Translations under genes and position numbers: made by a program
Notes under the pieces: generated by a model
What the model saw: the letters and a program-made list of their open reading frames with translations, nothing else
Told to the model about the DNA's origin: nothing
Databases searched by the model: none
Shown: positions 32,391 to 36,339 of the stretch, in pieces
How positions within the stretch are numbered: the first letter of the stretch is position 1
Layout of the letters: each line of letters opens with the position of its first letter
Assembly: GCF_001194135.2 (NCBI RefSeq)
Contig: NC_068996.1
Span: 35,669,479-35,705,817 of the forward strand
Direction of reading: 5' to 3'
Length of the DNA: 36,339 bases
DNA from: Octopus bimaculoides
Taxonomy: Eukaryota

Positions 32391-34114
32391 ATAAATATCA
32401 GGCTTAAAATAAATAAGTACCAGGGTCGATTTGTTAATCTAAAATTTTTCAGGGTGGTACCCCAACATGGCCATTCCAGTCTAATGAATGAAAAAGATAA
32501 ACAAAACAAAAAAATATATAAATAACTTGAACACACTAATTTCTCAATATTTAGTCCAAGAGCTCTTAACCCAAAATTCTTGTGTTTTCTTTTATTCCTT
32601 TATTTTTCTAATTTTCATTTTTTTTTTTTTTACTGTTTCCATTCCTCTTTGCAACCAAACTTATTTATTGATACACAGTAATCTCTCTTCTTTGGATCTT
32701 CTAAATCTGTGTACATTGGTTATCAATCGAAGAATTCATTTTCTCAAAATTATGATCTTGGTTTATTAGTAAATGTATCACAACCTTTTGGCAATCCTTG
32801 CTTTTATTTATTCTATTCTTTTATTTGTTTCAGTCATTTGACTGCGGCTATGCTGGAGCACCGTCTTTACTCGAACAAACCAACCCCAGGACTTTGTAAT
32901 TTATTCATTTATTNNNNNNNNNNNNNNNNNNNNNNNNNNNNNNNNNNNNNNNNNNNNNNNNNNNNNNNNNNNNNNNNNNNNNNNNNNNNNNNNNNNNNNN
33001 NNNNNNNNNNNNNNNNNNNNNNNNNNNNNNNNNNNNNNNNNNNNNNNNNNNNNNNNNNNNNNNNNNNNNNNNNNNNNNNNNNNNNNNNNNNNNNNNNNNN
33101 NNNNNNNNNNNNNNNNNNNNNNNNNNNNNNNNNNNNNNNNNNNATCACATCCAGCACCACCACGCCCTTATCACTATCGGTACCACCACTACTACCACAA
33201 GAACCACTGTCGCTCTCATCACCACCCTCACTCACCACCACCACCACCACCACCGCCGTCGTCGCCGCCACCACCACCACCAGACGCACATTCACGCGCA
33301 AACGCACATTTTAAAACACAGGCGCGCGTACACATGCACGCAGCCACCCCTCCCACCCCATGGAGCCACTACTGCAGCAGCAGCAGGAGCTTGCATAGAT
33401 CAGTTCAGTTTTATCCTTCTACCACAGTGAGTCATCCATTCATGGTTCTAGTCTACAAATCAGAAATAACTTTTATTGATTAATATAAAGCCAGAAAGAG
33501 TTAACTCCCATGCAGTTGTTACTGCAGTTACGTTGTCTAATGCTTTTTCACTATGTTCCGACTTTCAGCAAATCATTCCAGCACTTTATTCCCAACATAG
33601 ACACTTCCAGATTAAAATCAAATGACTTTAATATCATTTTTAAATATCAAGATTTTAATTCTTTAAATATATCGAACCAAAATACATAAATAATTTCCTT
33701 TTTTTTATTTATTTATTTTTTTTACCGTTATTTTGTTAAAATGTTCTGGAACGTTATAATCTAAAATTAGTTTTTCTGGACGGCATTAGGTCATTCGGTT
33801 TAGACATGATGCGTCATCATGCAGACAAAGAATTCCAGTTCTTTGGTGTACTTTGGAACTCACCCTCCTCTGGTAGACATTCAAACTGGGAATCAGACGC
33901 GTCTAAATTAAGAACGCTCTTATTGAATATTTCGGTAGTGGCTTACAACTTGATCGAATAAAGGCGGCCAAATTCCTTCACTTGTCTGGGAACAGATCTA
34001 AGGCCATCACCCTCATATTGTTGCCGTTTTATTCCAGGTCAGCTACGATCGAGTTGATCTATGAAGCAAAGTTTTCCAACCATGATCATTCCGTCTCTTT
34101 AGAAGTGTCTAGGA

Positions 34115-34998
34115 CAGGGGTAGAAAAACCTTCGCCCGCGGGCGAAATTGCACCCGCGAGTCCATTTTATTATGCCCACAGGCTGATATACTCTTATGTA
34201 CAAAATATACTCTTTTACTTGTTTCAGTCATTTGACTGCGGCCATGCTGGAGCACCGCCATTTAGTCGAGCAAATCAACTCCAGGACTTATTCTTTGGAT
34301 GCCTAGTACTTATTCTATCGGTCTCTTTTGCCGAACCGCTAAGTTACGGGGACCTAAACACATCAGCATCGGTTGTCAAGCGATGTTGGGGGGACACAGA
34401 CACACAAACATACACACACACATACATATATATATAGATATATACGACGGGCTGGCTATAGTAGAAGATACTTGCCCAAGGTGTCACACAGTGGGACTGA
34501 ACCCGGAACCATGTGGTTGGTAAGCAAGCTACTTACCACACAGCCACTCCTGCGCCTAGTTACTTACCACATAACCATTGTAAATTTTTCAATTATAAAA
34601 TTTATACAATATACATATGCCCATTTGCGACATAGGCTGCGTTTCCACTATGACTTAAAACAATTAGGCTCGAATAGAAAATCATCCGGTAATTGTCATT
34701 TAAATGGAAATTTTGTTTTCACTATAAAATACATATTGCTAGGTTTGTACCACCCCCTTGAGACCCAGCTATACTCTAGTTCAAAAATATAGATTACATC
34801 ATGAGAGATAAAAACGCCTGAAATTCAGAGGCGGCGTTAATGAAGATGTTACGCGTTAATTTAATGTGTTAAACTTATCTTTATTAATGTATATATATAA
34901 GATTTGCACAGATATAAGAGTTAGAACTTGTGATGTACCCCCGGAACTTTTTCTTTGGAAATTTTTGCCCGCCGCATTAAAAAGTTCCCCCACCCCTG
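34115..34998. mobile_element. hAT (Charlie-like) non-autonomous element
   Basis: Perfect 8-bp TSD GTCTAGGA at 34107-34114 and 34999-35006; termini CAGGGGT...ACCCCTG. Confidence 0.9.
34210..34557 (-). mobile_element. Near full-length SINE-C nested in the hAT MITE
   Basis: Minus strand GGCGCAGGAGTGGCTGTGTGGTAAGTAGCTTGC...GGTTCAGTCCC head, TA/TG microsatellite, and tail CAGCATGGCCGCAGTCAAATGACTGAAACAAGTAAAAG. Confidence 0.85.
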
Positions 34999-35339
34999 GT
35001 CTAGGACTACCTTATTTAATGTGTTCCATCCGTTATTCAAAACGCCAGAGTGTGATTCGTAAGAGACATAAGTGTTGTTTTTAGAATGTAGACACCTTCC
35101 ATCCACCTAGTATCAAATAAGAGGGCAATTACCCTAACACCATAGGACCATTGTTGACATTTTAAAGTAAAGAATTCATTTCTTTATTTGGATAAAGTCA
35201 ATAGCTGTGGTCCAGCGAATAAAACAAGTTGTAGGGAAGTGGTTATACACCATTAGGTGTACTCCGCTTCCGTAGATTAAATTTCTTGAAGAAACAACGG
35301 AACGCAGATTCTGAACTATCAACACAACAATATTTATTA

Positions 35340-35620
35340 CAATAGAATTCGGCAGCACTTCGCTCTTTGGTTACTGAGACGCCGTCAATGAAGTTGCGTG
35401 GTTATTTGTGTAGCTCCAGAGTTGGATTGTTGGAGAGAGCTGTTGACGACGTCTAGGCCCTTCGTCGGCCAGGGTGAAAGGGAGTGAAAGAAGCGGGAAC
35501 GTTTAGATATCGATGACTACGCATGCGCATGAGACTCTTCCTGTATTCCTTCCAGAACTAGTCCCTGCGCATGCGTGGATAAAAACTCCGGAAATGTCGT
35601 CTGCTATAGAGACGTCACTA
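35340..35620. promoter_or_regulatory. CpG-rich candidate (bidirectional) promoter
   Basis: About 19 CpG in 280 bp by hand count, versus 1 in 7441-7720. Two NRF1-type GCGCATGCG sites (35519-35529, 35566-35576), ETS cores CTTCCTG (35537) and CCGGAA (35588), and GACGTCA (35611). Confidence 0.55.
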
Positions 35621-36011
35621 CAAAGTAAAAGATAAAAAATAGAAAATAAAAGTCTTTGATTTGTACAGCTCTTAGCTAGAACTTTTTATTGGGAGACTTG
35701 AAGGCAGGGAACACCCTCACTGGATTGTATGAGTATCACTGTTGTCTGGATCAGTAATAAGATTCTGATGAAAAGGCTAAATGAGCCAAAGAAAGGGTAA
35801 AGGGGTGGTGGGTAGGAATACTAAACAATTTGAGATTGTGCTGGTGGATGGGTGGGTGAGATTTTTTTTTTATCAGATACGGAAATGATAGCCCATTGCT
35901 AAATTCAACACTAGAAGTAATCCAAGTGAAAATTGTCAGAGAGTGTCGGGTGACTTCTACTGCTTCAGAGATGGCAGCTTTTCACCCCACCCACGTACGC
36001 GCGTCTGTGCA

Positions 36012-36120
36012 TTCACATACATACATACATACATACATACATACATACATACATACATGCATACGTACGTACGTACATACATACATGCATGTAACTATAT
36101 ACATGACAATACATACATAA
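36012..36120. repeat. (ACAT)n microsatellite
   Basis: Direct reading. Confidence 0.95.
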
Positions 36121-36339
36121 AACATACAGATCTGTACGTGTACATACATATATACCAACAAGCAAAAATACCCTGTCGTTGATGTTGAAATTCCAATGAA
36201 GGAGCCTTGGATCTAGGTTAGAAACCAGTTCTTTCTCTATTGGCAAGAAATCTTGAAATAAATTGAATAATGACATACGTACATACACTCACATACGCGC
36301 GCACACGCACACGTACATTCACAGGCACGCACACACACA

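Noticed and set aside
33858-33895. Minus-strand ATGTCTACCAGAGGAGG|GTGAGT as a possible first coding exon (MSTRG)
   Set aside because: Too short to identify and no downstream exon was found.
35594-35630. + strand ATG (MSSAIETSLQ) right after the promoter motifs
   Set aside because: Weak donor (GTAAAA), an in-frame stop follows, and no homology was recognised.
36195-36235. Second hammerhead-like motif (CCAATGA...AGCCT..AGGTT.GAAACCAGT)
   Set aside because: Two core mismatches, a poor stem I and no clear cleavage triplet.

Overview
AT-rich, microsatellite-rich and gap-containing eukaryotic genomic DNA. The repeat types suggest a cephalopod, probably Octopus (inference). N gaps lie at about 2707-2869, 3821-4397, 5323-6186, 9616-9628, 20484-20787, 28168-28190, 30374-30834, 31710-31989 and 32914-33143. 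The only host protein gene I can support is GSTCD, of which the last three coding exons are present (+ strand: 451-657, 1022-1085, 11020-11177). There is also a tRNA-Asp(GTC) on the minus strand (28359-28431) and a CpG-rich, probably bidirectional promoter near 35.3-35.6 kb. The rest is mostly transposon-derived: four divergent + strand L1/Tx1-like LINE copies, RTE-clade LINE 3' ends, three modular tRNA-SINE families, hAT, piggyBac and Tc1/mariner-type MITEs, a Helitron-like fragment and a Penelope-type terminal repeat. Most notable: (i) a 10-kb same-strand chain of SINEs and LINEs joined by (ATT)n tracts just 3' of GSTCD; (ii) a near-intact tRNA-Asp followed by the SINE 3' tail and poly(A), with a compensatory change in the tail hairpin; (iii) an array of conserved twin hairpins in the RTE 3' UTR; (iv) a decayed hammerhead-like motif. 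No database search could be run, so family names rest on recognised motifs. SINE-C, SINE-D and SINE-E are my local labels, and TE boundaries are approximate unless a TSD is given.
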